Shown here in pieces: positions 27,121 to 36,700 of a stretch of DNA of 64,000 nt. The translations under genes were made by a program, and so were the position numbers. Source of the DNA: Fibrobacteria bacterium (lineage in GTDB: Bacteria > Fibrobacterota > Fibrobacteria > UBA11236 > JADFYW01); contig JBNKOC010000012.1 of the NCBI GenBank assembly GCA_050294405.1, positions 384,001 through 448,000 on the forward strand, written 5' to 3'. The notes under the pieces were generated by a model. That model was given only the letters and a program-made list of their open reading frames with translations. It had not been told where the DNA came from and ran no database searches. Position 1 is the stretch's first letter; each line of letters begins with the position of its first letter.

Positions 27121-29181
27121 ATGAGAGAATGGGCTCGTCTTAAAATTGTCTACACATGTATCTTGCTAGCTGTGGGCATTCCTGTGCTTGCAATAATAAT
27201 TAAAGGCAATCCACAATCTGAACAAAGTAAAGTGGTTCTAAAGGAACACGAAGGTGCCGCCCTGGTTCAAAAAAGTGACTGTGCCGGTTGCCATCAATTA
27301 GATGCCAAAACAGTAGGCCCTTCTTTTAAAGATATTTCTCAAAAATATACATCTGAGGATATACCCGCACTTGCCGCGAAAATAAAAAATGGAAGCAGCG
27401 GAACCTGGGGAGCTATACCCATGCCTCCCCATCCAGCGGAGACTGATCCAAATCTTGAAAAAATGGTGGGCTGGATTATCAGTTTAAATAGTCCTGAAGC
27501 CGCGGAAGCAAGTGTAGATGGGAAATCCGGGGCCACACTCAAATCGGGTTCCCATGCAGCTTACAGGAGTCTTGGTTTTGTAAACAGCAGAAACATAGTG
27601 TGGGTTATTGCACAGCTTCATTTGTTATTTGGAGCCTTTGTGCTGGCTGTTCCCATGTTTGCATTAATAATTGAATTTATAGGCTTTAAGACAAAACAGA
27701 AAAAGTTCGATAGGCTTTCCTATGAGTTTACAAAGTTATTATCGGTTTCTTTTAGCTTTACTGCTTCCTTAGGAGCTTTGCTGACATTATTGCTGATATA
27801 TCTGTATCCGCAATTGATGAACTATATGGCTTATGTTTTCGGGCCGACCTTTTTGCCCTATGTGCTCCTCTTTTTTGGCGAGGCCTTTTTCCTCTACAGC
27901 TACTACTACGGTTGGGGCAAATTCCATCCCGTAGTGCACTTGCTTTTAGGGTTGGGGTTAAACGCATCGGGGATTGGAATTTTATTTGTGGCGGATTCCT
28001 GGCTTACTTTCATGAACTCACCAAATGGAGTGACAGAAACCGGTGAACTGGTGAGTACATGGGCTGCGGTTCAAAATTTTACCTGGATGCCCATGAATAT
28101 CCACCGTACCATAGGAAACATAGCCTTTGGAGGAGCTATAGCTGGGGCTTATGGCGCCTACAGGTTTTTAGGAGCAAAAACGGAAGAAGAAAAAGCTTAT
28201 TACGACTGGATGGGATACATAGGGAATTTTATTGCCATATCCGCATTTTTGCCATTGCCTTTCGCCGGATATTGGCTGGGAAAAGAAATTTACGATTATT
28301 CTCAGAACCTTGGGATGTTTTTAATGGGTGGAGCGTTCTCTTGGTTATTTATTATCCAGGCCATTTTAATTGGGATGTTATTTGTCGCGGCTAACTATTA
28401 CCTTTGGCTGGGAATGGAAAGAATTGAAGGCGCGGACAGGTTTAAAAAACATGTTAAGTGGTTACTGTTATCCGTAATAGTGTGTTTCATTGTTTGGGCT
28501 ATTCCCCACTCCATGGTAGCCTCCATTGAAGAAGCTCAAAAAATGGGAGGAGGGCACCACCCCTTGCTTAGCGTACTGGGTGTGATGTCTGCGAAAAACA
28601 CGGCGGTAAATATATTGATATTGACCACATTTTTAAGTTTTCTATTGTATCGCCGGGGCAATAAAAAATCCCTTGCGCCCTGGGTGAATAAAGGAAACTG
28701 GGCTCAGATATTGATTTTAACAGCAACATCCTTGTATGTGATTTGGCTTGGGATTTACGGGTATTTCGTGGAAGCTGATGTGCGGATTGGTTTGTCCATA
28801 CCCCAGGTGGGCTCTGTCCTTTTGGCGATGTTTCTGGTGGTCATAATCGATATTTTCATGTTTCGCAGATCCATGTCCAAAGAAATTAACTGGGGGAAAA
28901 TGCCAAAAAGAGCCCAATATGTTCTGTTTTTTATAGCCCTTTCGTTCACTTGGATAATGGGTTTAATGGGTTATGCCAGAGCAGGAATGCGCCAGCACTG
29001 GCATGTATATGGGGTTATTGAGGATAAATCTCCCGATGCCTATACCCCAACTTTGGGTTATGCGGCTAATGTAACATCAATTACGGTTATGATATTTTTC
29101 GGATTTATTGCAGTTGTATTTTGGCTAACCAGCCTTTCTCATAAAAAAGATTACCCAAGCCATTTTGTGGACAAGAAATGA
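27121..29181 (+). CDS. Cytochrome bd subunit I-like (bd-like/alternative CydA) protein with N-terminal c551-type cytochrome c fusion
   Basis: CAGCH..VGPSF..WGAIPMPP class I cytochrome c; then WVIAQLHLLFGAFVLAVP (CydA helix-1 His), FFGEAFFLYSYYYGW, WLTFMNSP, NIHRTIGN (second His) and MRQHWHVYG (GRQPW variant); many TM helices. Confidence 0.85.
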   Translation: MREWARLKIVYTCILLAVGIPVLAIIIKGNPQSEQSKVVLKEHEGAALVQKSDCAGCHQLDAKTVGPSFKDISQKYTSEDIPALAAKIKNGSSGTWGAIPMPPHPAETDPNLEKMVGWIISLNSPEAAEASVDGKSGATLKSGSHAAYRSLGFVNSRNIVWVIAQLHLLFGAFVLAVPMFALIIEFIGFKTKQKKFDRLSYEFTKLLSVSFSFTASLGALLTLLLIYLYPQLMNYMAYVFGPTFLPYVLLFFGEAFFLYSYYYGWGKFHPVVHLLLGLGLNASGIGILFVADSWLTFMNSPNGVTETGELVSTWAAVQNFTWMPMNIHRTIGNIAFGGAIAGAYGAYRFLGAKTEEEKAYYDWMGYIGNFIAISAFLPLPFAGYWLGKEIYDYSQNLGMFLMGGAFSWLFIIQAILIGMLFVAANYYLWLGMERIEGADRFKKHVKWLLLSVIVCFIVWAIPHSMVASIEEAQKMGGGHHPLLSVLGVMSAKNTAVNILILTTFLSFLLYRRGNKKSLAPWVNKGNWAQILILTATSLYVIWLGIYGYFVEADVRIGLSIPQVGSVLLAMFLVVIIDIFMFRRSMSKEINWGKMPKRAQYVLFFIALSFTWIMGLMGYARAGMRQHWHVYGVIEDKSPDAYTPTLGYAANVTSITVMIFFGFIAVVFWLTSLSHKKDYPSHFVDKK

Positions 29182-29987
29182 AAACAGCCATTAACATAAC
29201 GCTATTTTCCATACTGGTCACCTTGTTTTATACCTATGTGGGCTGGCTAGTACCTCAAAAAGAAGTGTATCCTCCTAAATCCATAGAAATTAGTAAGGAC
29301 ATGACCCAGGAAGAAATGATTGAAATTGGCGCTCAAATTGTTTCTGGAAAGGGAACCTGCCTTGCCTGTCATAAAATGGAACATGCGCCAGGAGAAAGGT
29401 TCCCAGCTTTAAATGGCATGGGCAATGTGGCGGGAACTCGCAGGGAAGGGGTATCTGCTGAAGATTATTTAGCCGAGGCCTTGTATGATCCAAGCGCCTA
29501 TATCGTAAGCGGGTTTAACCCTGGTATGCCTCCTGTCCAGAAAGCTCCCATTAATTTAACGGACGAAGAAATTCTGACAGTGATTGCCTATTTACAATCC
29601 CTTGGTGGAGAAGTCACTGTAACTATGGAAACCAAATTTTCTTATTCCGGCCAAGGTGCGTCTGCCGCAACTGCTTCAGCTCCTCCCCCCGCTCCAGTTG
29701 CGGTGGACCTCACCGGAGAAGAAATATATGCAAAATATAATTGCGCGCAATGCCACAGCATTGATGCGGATATCAGGATGGTCGGTCCCCCGTTACATAA
29801 TGCAGGGAACAAATACACGGCAAATGAATTGTATGAGGCCATATTAAATCCCGACGCAAAAATAGCTGAAAGCTATCCTCCCAACGTTATGAAAGCCACT
29901 TTGGATGGAACAGGATTTTATTCGCAGGTGAATGCAAAAAGTTTGAATAATTTAGTGGAATTTTTGATGAGCAAAAAAGGCAACTGA
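29178..29987 (+). CDS. Membrane-anchored diheme cytochrome c
   Basis: N-terminal TM; CLACH and CAQCH, each followed by a P..(x)..MP/M distal Met region; ATGA overlap. Confidence 0.9.
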   Translation: MKTAINITLFSILVTLFYTYVGWLVPQKEVYPPKSIEISKDMTQEEMIEIGAQIVSGKGTCLACHKMEHAPGERFPALNGMGNVAGTRREGVSAEDYLAEALYDPSAYIVSGFNPGMPPVQKAPINLTDEEILTVIAYLQSLGGEVTVTMETKFSYSGQGASAATASAPPPAPVAVDLTGEEIYAKYNCAQCHSIDADIRMVGPPLHNAGNKYTANELYEAILNPDAKIAESYPPNVMKATLDGTGFYSQVNAKSLNNLVEFLMSKKGN

Positions 29988-30799
29988 TGAATTATTGGCT
30001 GGTTGGAATTGTATTAGCGGTAATGGTGGCCCTTAGGTTTGTAAAACTAAATGTTTTAGCCTGGATGGCGGTTTGGTTAATAGGCTGTTATGTAGTGCTT
30101 AAATGGGGTATTTCTCCTCCAATTCCATCATCCATAGTTGCCATGTGTATGGCCATTGTGGCGGTGGGATTGGTTGCCTATGCCACTTCAAGCACTGATA
30201 AGTATCAAGTTGCCGTATCTGGAATATTAAATTTCTTAAGTTTAAAAAAATACACCGGAGCTCTTATAATTGTAGCTTTGTTAATACCTATGTTATTAGG
30301 GGTTAAATACTTTTTTGACCAATCCAAAGAAGCCCAGCCTCCGGTATTTGGAAGAACCGTGCATCCTGCTCCCCCGGCAACTATTAATTTTAAGGGAAAA
30401 ACCATAGATTTAATAGATGGCCACAATCCATATAGGGAATTGGAAACAACAAATCCCGAAGAATACAAAACTCATATCGCTAATGGCCGCAAAGTGTATT
30501 ACCAAAATTGTGTCTTTTGCCATGGCGATAACATGGAGGGGAAGGGGATTTTTGCTCATGGCTACAATCCTAAACCCACTAATTTCGCAGATCCAACAAC
30601 GATTGCTATGTTAACAGAAACTTTTCTTTTCTGGCGAATTGCAAAGGGAGCGCCGGGTTTGCCCGAGGAGTCCGGTCCCTGGGAATCTGCCATGCCAGCC
30701 TGGGAACTCTTTCTATCGGAAGACGATATTTGGGATGTTACTATGTTTTTGTATGAGTTTACCAATCAAAAACCCAGGGTAAAGGGGCACGCAAAATGA
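29987..30799 (+). CDS. Membrane monoheme cytochrome c (several TM helices + cyt c)
   Basis: 3-4 hydrophobic helices; CVFCH; FWRIAKGAPGLP..SAMPAW. Confidence 0.9.
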   Translation: MNYWLVGIVLAVMVALRFVKLNVLAWMAVWLIGCYVVLKWGISPPIPSSIVAMCMAIVAVGLVAYATSSTDKYQVAVSGILNFLSLKKYTGALIIVALLIPMLLGVKYFFDQSKEAQPPVFGRTVHPAPPATINFKGKTIDLIDGHNPYRELETTNPEEYKTHIANGRKVYYQNCVFCHGDNMEGKGIFAHGYNPKPTNFADPTTIAMLTETFLFWRIAKGAPGLPEESGPWESAMPAWELFLSEDDIWDVTMFLYEFTNQKPRVKGHAK

Positions 30800-32337
30800 A
30801 AAGAATTGCATGTATCTTTGTCTTAGGTTTATCGGCACTTGCAGCTTGGGCTGCTAAAATTGATGTGGGCAGCGAAGCTCAAATAGAAGAAGGAAAAAAA
30901 TTATACAACCAAAAATGCGCCCAATGCCATGGCTACGAGGGAGATGCCCAGGCTGTGGGCCGTCTTGTGTTCAGACCCGTGCCCAGAGACTTTACCATTG
31001 GAACATATAAAATCAGAACGACTCCGGCAGGGGAGCTTCCTGCTACCCAGGATATATTTAAAATGATTCGGGAGGGAATGCCATATACAGGTATGCCAGC
31101 CTGGCCTCAGTTTACAGATGAACAAATATACAATCTTGTATATTACATTAAATCTTTTCAAAGCGATTTTGCAGACCCTGATTATGCCGCAGATCCAATC
31201 CAAATTCCTAACCCCCCCGAGTTTAGTCGGGAGTCTGCAAAGTTAGGGAAAAAAGTATTTGAAGATAACAACTGTATGGATTGTCACGGTTTGAGCGGTC
31301 GTGGTGATGGGCCTTCCGCGCCTACTTTAAAAGACGATTATGGATTTCCCATTCGTCCTGCGGATTTAACAAAGGGTTGGACATTTAGAGGCGGAGGCGA
31401 TAGGGAAGATATATATAGAACGGTTATGAATGGATTGGACGGAACTCCAATGCCATCTTTTGTGGATGGATTGCCCGATGAGAAAACCAGGTGGGCTTTG
31501 GTGGATTATGTGTATTCTCTTTCTGAGCGGGAGCCAAATTATTCCAATGCGCTCACAGCGATGGGCAGTCCAAATGCATTTCCTGAAAAACTGGATTTGG
31601 AATTTTTTGAAAAATTTCCCAAAGCCCATTTTCCCATAGTGGGTCAAATAATGGAGCCTGGCCGGGCTTTTTTCCCAGCTAATGTTAGTGTGGAGCTTAA
31701 GGCCGTTCACAACGAAAGCGAATTGGCTGTATTAGTGAGTTGGAATGATATAAGCCCCAATACGGAGGGCAAAAATTCTCCTATGCTTAAAGTCCCTCCT
31801 TTTGATTTCGAAAATGAGGAAGTTTTAAAATACAAAGACGATGGAGGCAAAGAATTCAGTGACGCTGTGGCCTTACAGTTTCCGTCTCAGGCCCCAGCGG
31901 GACATGCGATTCCCTATTTCTTATGGGGAGATAAAAAAATGGGCGTGGATTTATACCACGTGGATCTCGGCCAGAATAAAAATAGTTTGTTCAGCGCGAA
32001 GGGAAGTGCAAGGCTTGAAGCTAAAGAAGCTAATTTCAAATATCAATCCCTCTATAAAGGTGGGCAGTGGCATGTTATATACCGTCTTCCAAAAGAAATG
32101 AGCAATGGATATAAAATGCTGGAGGGGGAATTTGTGCCTTTGGAAGTTTTTTTGTGGGATGGTTTGGCTGAGGAGCGTGGCATAAAAACCGGTCTTTCCA
32201 TGTGGAAATCCTTGTATTTAAAGCCACTTGAGCAAAAATCCGCATTTTGGCCAGCTGTTAAAATCGCTCTGATGGTGCTGGTATTAGAGCTGATTTTGAT
32301 TTTTTGGGTGCGGCTTAAAGTGCGCAAAAAGACCTGA
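30796..32337 (+). CDS. Diheme cytochrome c + ethylbenzene-dehydrogenase-gamma-like domain + C-terminal TM anchor
   Basis: CAQCH..PRDFT..GMP, CMDCH..RPADLT..TPMP; DAVALQFP..W.V...R..WDG...ERG.K pattern of the EB_dh/DOMON-like domain. Confidence 0.85.
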   Translation: MKRIACIFVLGLSALAAWAAKIDVGSEAQIEEGKKLYNQKCAQCHGYEGDAQAVGRLVFRPVPRDFTIGTYKIRTTPAGELPATQDIFKMIREGMPYTGMPAWPQFTDEQIYNLVYYIKSFQSDFADPDYAADPIQIPNPPEFSRESAKLGKKVFEDNNCMDCHGLSGRGDGPSAPTLKDDYGFPIRPADLTKGWTFRGGGDREDIYRTVMNGLDGTPMPSFVDGLPDEKTRWALVDYVYSLSEREPNYSNALTAMGSPNAFPEKLDLEFFEKFPKAHFPIVGQIMEPGRAFFPANVSVELKAVHNESELAVLVSWNDISPNTEGKNSPMLKVPPFDFENEEVLKYKDDGGKEFSDAVALQFPSQAPAGHAIPYFLWGDKKMGVDLYHVDLGQNKNSLFSAKGSARLEAKEANFKYQSLYKGGQWHVIYRLPKEMSNGYKMLEGEFVPLEVFLWDGLAEERGIKTGLSMWKSLYLKPLEQKSAFWPAVKIALMVLVLELILIFWVRLKVRKKT

Positions 32338-32342
32338 GTAAC

Positions 32343-32375
32343 TGTCAAACTGACAGATAGTTTGACTATTTGACA
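32343..32375. promoter_or_regulatory. Tandem putative UAS boxes TGTCA-AAC-TGACA and TGACT-ATT-TGACA
   Basis: Boxes 20 bp apart, about 65 bp upstream of a sigma-54-like motif. Confidence 0.6.
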
Positions 32376-32439
32376 CTTTGTTGTCAAAAATACACAGGGT
32401 AAGTAGCCAATAAATGCAAATTTTCCACTTTGAAGGCAA

Positions 32440-32455
32440 TGGTATAAAAATTGAT
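32440..32455 (+). promoter_or_regulatory. Variant sigma-54 promoter candidate for the radical SAM operon
   Basis: TGGTAT-AAAAA-TTGAT (the -12 element reads GA instead of GC); spacing to the UAS boxes matches the other sites. Confidence 0.45.
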
Positions 32456-32488
32456 TTAAAAAATAGTAGGAATTGAACTAATGGATCT

Positions 32489-33760
32489 ATGGTAGTACAG
32501 ACCCAATATATACCCTACTTAATTGCCGTCAATTTAACTAAGCGCTGCAATTTAGCCTGTTCTCATTGTTATATGGACGCAGAACAGCGCATAGCCATTA
32601 ATGATAGGGAATTAAAACCTTTCGAGCTGAAAGATTTTTTTAATGAACTTTCCAGGCGAGCGCCTGGCACCATTGTGGTCCTAACTGGTGGGGAGCCCTT
32701 AATGTACCCCGACCTTTTAGATTTAATTTCCCATTGCAGTAAGCTGGGGCTAAGGCCAGTTGTTGGAACAAATGGGCTGCTGTTACATGAAAAAAAGGTT
32801 ATTGAGCTAAAAGCCGCCGGTTTACATGGTGTTGGAGTGAGCCTGGATGGAAGTACCCCTAAAGTGCATGATGATTTTCGGGGAATGCCGGGTTCTTTTA
32901 ATAAGGTTTGTGAAAATATTAAAAGCTGCGTTAAGCAGGGGCTACATGTTCAGATACATTATACCATACATGAAAAAAACAAACATGAATGGGAGAAGTC
33001 TATAGGTTTGGCCAAATCATTAGGGGCCTCTATTTTAAACTTCTTCTTTCTTGTATGCGTGGGCAGAGGAAGCTCTGTCCAGGATTTATCTCCGGAAGAA
33101 TATGAAAAAAGCCTTAATAAAATTGCCGATTATCAGAAAAGCGAAAAAACAATAATGATTCAAGCGCGTTGTGCGCCTCATTTTAAAAGAATCTTGTATG
33201 AGAAAAACCCCATGTCGGAGTACACCAGGGCTACAGGTTATGATGGCGGTGGTTGTCCGGCGGCAACCCATTATGCCCGTATTGCACCTGATGGCGAAGT
33301 AACCCCCTGTCCATACATGGAAATATCCGCTGGAAATTTACGTGAAAAAAGTTTTTGGGATATATGGGACAACGCCCCTTTGTTTAAATCCATGCGTAAC
33401 ACGGATTTAATTTTAGGAAAATGCGGTAAATGTGAATTCAAAGAATTATGCGGAGGATGCAGAGCCCGCAGTCTGGCTCAGCTAAATAACTTAATGGAAG
33501 CCGACCCAAGCTGTATTTATGAGCCAAAGGGCGGTAAGTTAATTGCTTCTCAGATAGAGGAGGTGCCGGGTGATAAAACTCTTGAGTTGTGGACTGAGGA
33601 AGCTGAACAACGGCTCGCCAGGATACCTTTGTTTTTGAGAAAGCGGGTTAAAAAAGCTCTGGAAGAAAAAGCCAGGGCTCAACATTGCCAAATTACTGCT
33701 GACTTTATGCGCGAGCATAAAAAGCAGCGGGAAACGGAAATGGGAATAAAGTTTAAATAG
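32489..33760 (+). CDS. Radical SAM/SPASM protein (NirJ/AhbC/AhbD-like) with C-terminal PCP_red-like domain
   Basis: CNLACSHC, LTGGEP, SLDG; SPASM Cys set (GCPA..VTPCPY..CGKCEFKELCGGCRAR..DPSC); tail WTEEAEQRLARIPLFLRKRVK. Confidence 0.9.
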   Translation: MVVQTQYIPYLIAVNLTKRCNLACSHCYMDAEQRIAINDRELKPFELKDFFNELSRRAPGTIVVLTGGEPLMYPDLLDLISHCSKLGLRPVVGTNGLLLHEKKVIELKAAGLHGVGVSLDGSTPKVHDDFRGMPGSFNKVCENIKSCVKQGLHVQIHYTIHEKNKHEWEKSIGLAKSLGASILNFFFLVCVGRGSSVQDLSPEEYEKSLNKIADYQKSEKTIMIQARCAPHFKRILYEKNPMSEYTRATGYDGGGCPAATHYARIAPDGEVTPCPYMEISAGNLREKSFWDIWDNAPLFKSMRNTDLILGKCGKCEFKELCGGCRARSLAQLNNLMEADPSCIYEPKGGKLIASQIEEVPGDKTLELWTEEAEQRLARIPLFLRKRVKKALEEKARAQHCQITADFMREHKKQRETEMGIKFK

Positions 33761-33771
33761 GGGGAAATAAT

Positions 33772-36700
33772 ATGAATAACAACAGTGCTGCCGTATTATC
33801 TAGCTTGGAAAATCAGGAGTTGTCCAAATTTTCCATTGCGAAGGATGAGGCTACTGTGTCCTTTGAAGGGAATGTGCAGACTTTCCCCTTGATGGAATTG
33901 CCTGAAAAATATTTTAGCTGGATAAATAACGGCAGAAAGCAAATGTATGATAAGATAGTGAAAAACACAGCTGGGCACGGATTTTTCGCATCTCATTTGC
34001 CCGTGGTTACCACATTTTCCAAATCAAAGCTTTTTCCCTTTAACTCTTCCAACAAAGGTGTGGGCTTTATTCCCAAACCTGAATATTTACAGGAATACAT
34101 TGATTTGTTTCGCACCACTATGGAGAATACCAAGGGTATTCCCTGGGAAGAATCTTTACATAAAAGGATAGAATGCGTTTCTCAGTTTTATTTTAATGAA
34201 GATAAGATTGATAAAAGAGTGTTAAGTACCCTGGAAATTTTTGAGAAACAAACTTTTAAGAATCTGAATGAAACTCCCAAGGCAGCTATTCATTACACCG
34301 GCAATGCACCGGATTATATTTCCTTCCAATTAAATGCAGCAGTGGAAATTATCGGCCCTGAAGACCCCAGGCACGAATTTATCAAACTGGCCAGAACTAT
34401 GTTTGAATACAATAGCTTTCATATATATCAACATAATTTTCCCTATGCGTATTTGTTTTGGATTTCTGAGTTGGTGGATAAAACCCCTTACAGAGTCCCC
34501 CAAAAAAATAAGAAGGTTGTTAATATCAAAAGCGCAGGAGGGTTAAACTGGTCTCCGGAAGCTTCGGAATCTATCAACAGAGCCCCGGGCATGATACGTC
34601 AGTTTATCCGCCAACAAATTGAAAAATACGCCACAGACAGGGGCTATACTGAGATTACCTTGGATTTTGTTCGAGAGGCTCGTGAGGTTTTAGAACGAAA
34701 TTACGATGAAAAAGAAAAAAAAGTCAAAAAGCAAAATAACGAAGATTATAAGCATATATATGTTGCTTTAGACAGTTCAGAGCTGGCCAATGAAGGCGTG
34801 GATATTGCGATTTCCTTAGGAGAAAAAATGCAATCCCAACTTTCCGGTTCCCATGTATATGCTGCAAAGATGCATGATATGCGCTTTAGGAGCATGGAAG
34901 GGGGGCTTCCCGAAGAATTTCAAAAAGAAAAAGAATTAAACCGCCAGAGAAAAATTCACGATTCCTTGATTACAAAAGGTTTGGAATTGATCACGGACTC
35001 ATATATCAATGTGATGCAGCAAAAAGCTGAAAAAGCCCAGTTGAAGTTTAACGGCGTTTCCCTTGAAGGAAGAAACTGGGAAATGCTGGTAAAAGATATT
35101 GAAGAGCATGACTATGATTTGGTGGTTATGGGCGGACATGGTGTGGGCCGGGTTTCTAATTCCCAATTGGGAAGTGTGACTCAAAGGGTCATGCGAAGGA
35201 TAAAACGGGATCTGCTTATTGTTAAGAAAAAAGAATCGGAGAATTTATCGGACCTGATTTTGGTTTGTATAGACGGCTCCGAGAGAAGCTGGGGCGCCTT
35301 GAAAAGAGGCATTCGTTTTGCCAAAAGCCACAATAAAAAATTGAAAGTGGTTTCGGTTTTTGATCCCTACTTTCACTATGTTATGTTTAACAGCCTTAAT
35401 AAAACCCTGACAGAGAAAGCCAGAAAGGTTTTTAAATTTGAAGAACAGGAAAAACTCCATGAAGAAATTATTGATTCAGGTTTGGCGAAAATATACCAAT
35501 CTCATCTAAACATCGCTGCTAAAATTGCGGAAGAAGAAGGAGTTGAAATTGCAACTCAGCTTTTGGATGGCAAGCCATTTGAAAAAATTCTGGCCGAAAT
35601 TAATAATCTTAAACCCTGGCTGACTATAATTGGCCGCATAGGTTATCATAGTGATGAATCCATGGATATGGGCAGCAACACGGATAACGTGGCCCGATTA
35701 GGGGATAGTAACATATTAATAGTAGAAACTAAGGACAAACCTTCGGTGCAACAACAGGCTGAAGAAACCATTACCTGGACCAAAGAAGCCACGGCCTTTA
35801 TGGAAAAAGTGCCTGTGATGGCAAGGGCGGTAGCCACGAAATCCATACAAAATTATTGCATTGCCGAAGGCCATACTGTGGTGACAGAATCCATTTTGTT
35901 GCAAGCAGTAAAGCAAATCCTTCCAGAGGAGGCACTGGTAAGAATGGGAATAATAGAATCCCAAAAAACCGAAGAAGAAAACCTGGATAAAATTGCTCTT
36001 AGTTATAAATGCTCAACCTGTGGCCATATACATCATGGCAATCGCCCTGCCAGTTGCCCTATATGTGGAGGAGAAGGGGCCAAGTTTTTACTAATTGAAT
36101 CGGATACTGTATCCAATGGCCAGACCTTAAAAGTCATGGGAGACAGGGAATTGATTTGGGAAAAAGCGGCTTTGGACTTGCTTAACCAGTTGCCAAATGA
36201 ATTGGATAGGGAACAAATAAAAAGCAAGTTGGAAAAACAAGCCTTAACCAAACATCAAAAAAATATAGGCCTCAAAATTGTGGAAGAGGAAATAAAAGCC
36301 CGCGGCCTTGTTGTGACCCCGCCAAAACAAGATGTTATATGGCTGGATGAGGCCATAGCCCGAGTTAATAGAGTTCCCGAAGGCTTTATGAGAAAAGCGG
36401 CCATGCAGACTGTTGTGGATTATGCCAAAGAGGCTGGCTTAAATGAGATTAACCTGGAAGTTGCAGAAGCGGGATTGGGAAAGGCCCGGGAGAAAATGAT
36501 GGGGGGAATGGCTTCTGGCGCAGGACACCCGTCATCTATTCAAACACCGGCCGCAGATGTTGCGTACAAATGCGGTTTATGCGGTCTGGCTTTTAAGGAA
36601 AACCCTCCTTCGAATTGCCCTTCTTGTAATGATACAAACATGGAAAAACTGGAGGGAGAAGACGCCCAATCTCTTACGGAAAACGATTTTGTCTCTTTAA

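Noticed and set aside
27121..29181. Calling this canonical cydA
   Set aside because: No Q-loop motif, altered GRQPW, cytochrome c fusion and no cydB in the window; left as bd-like without a symbol.
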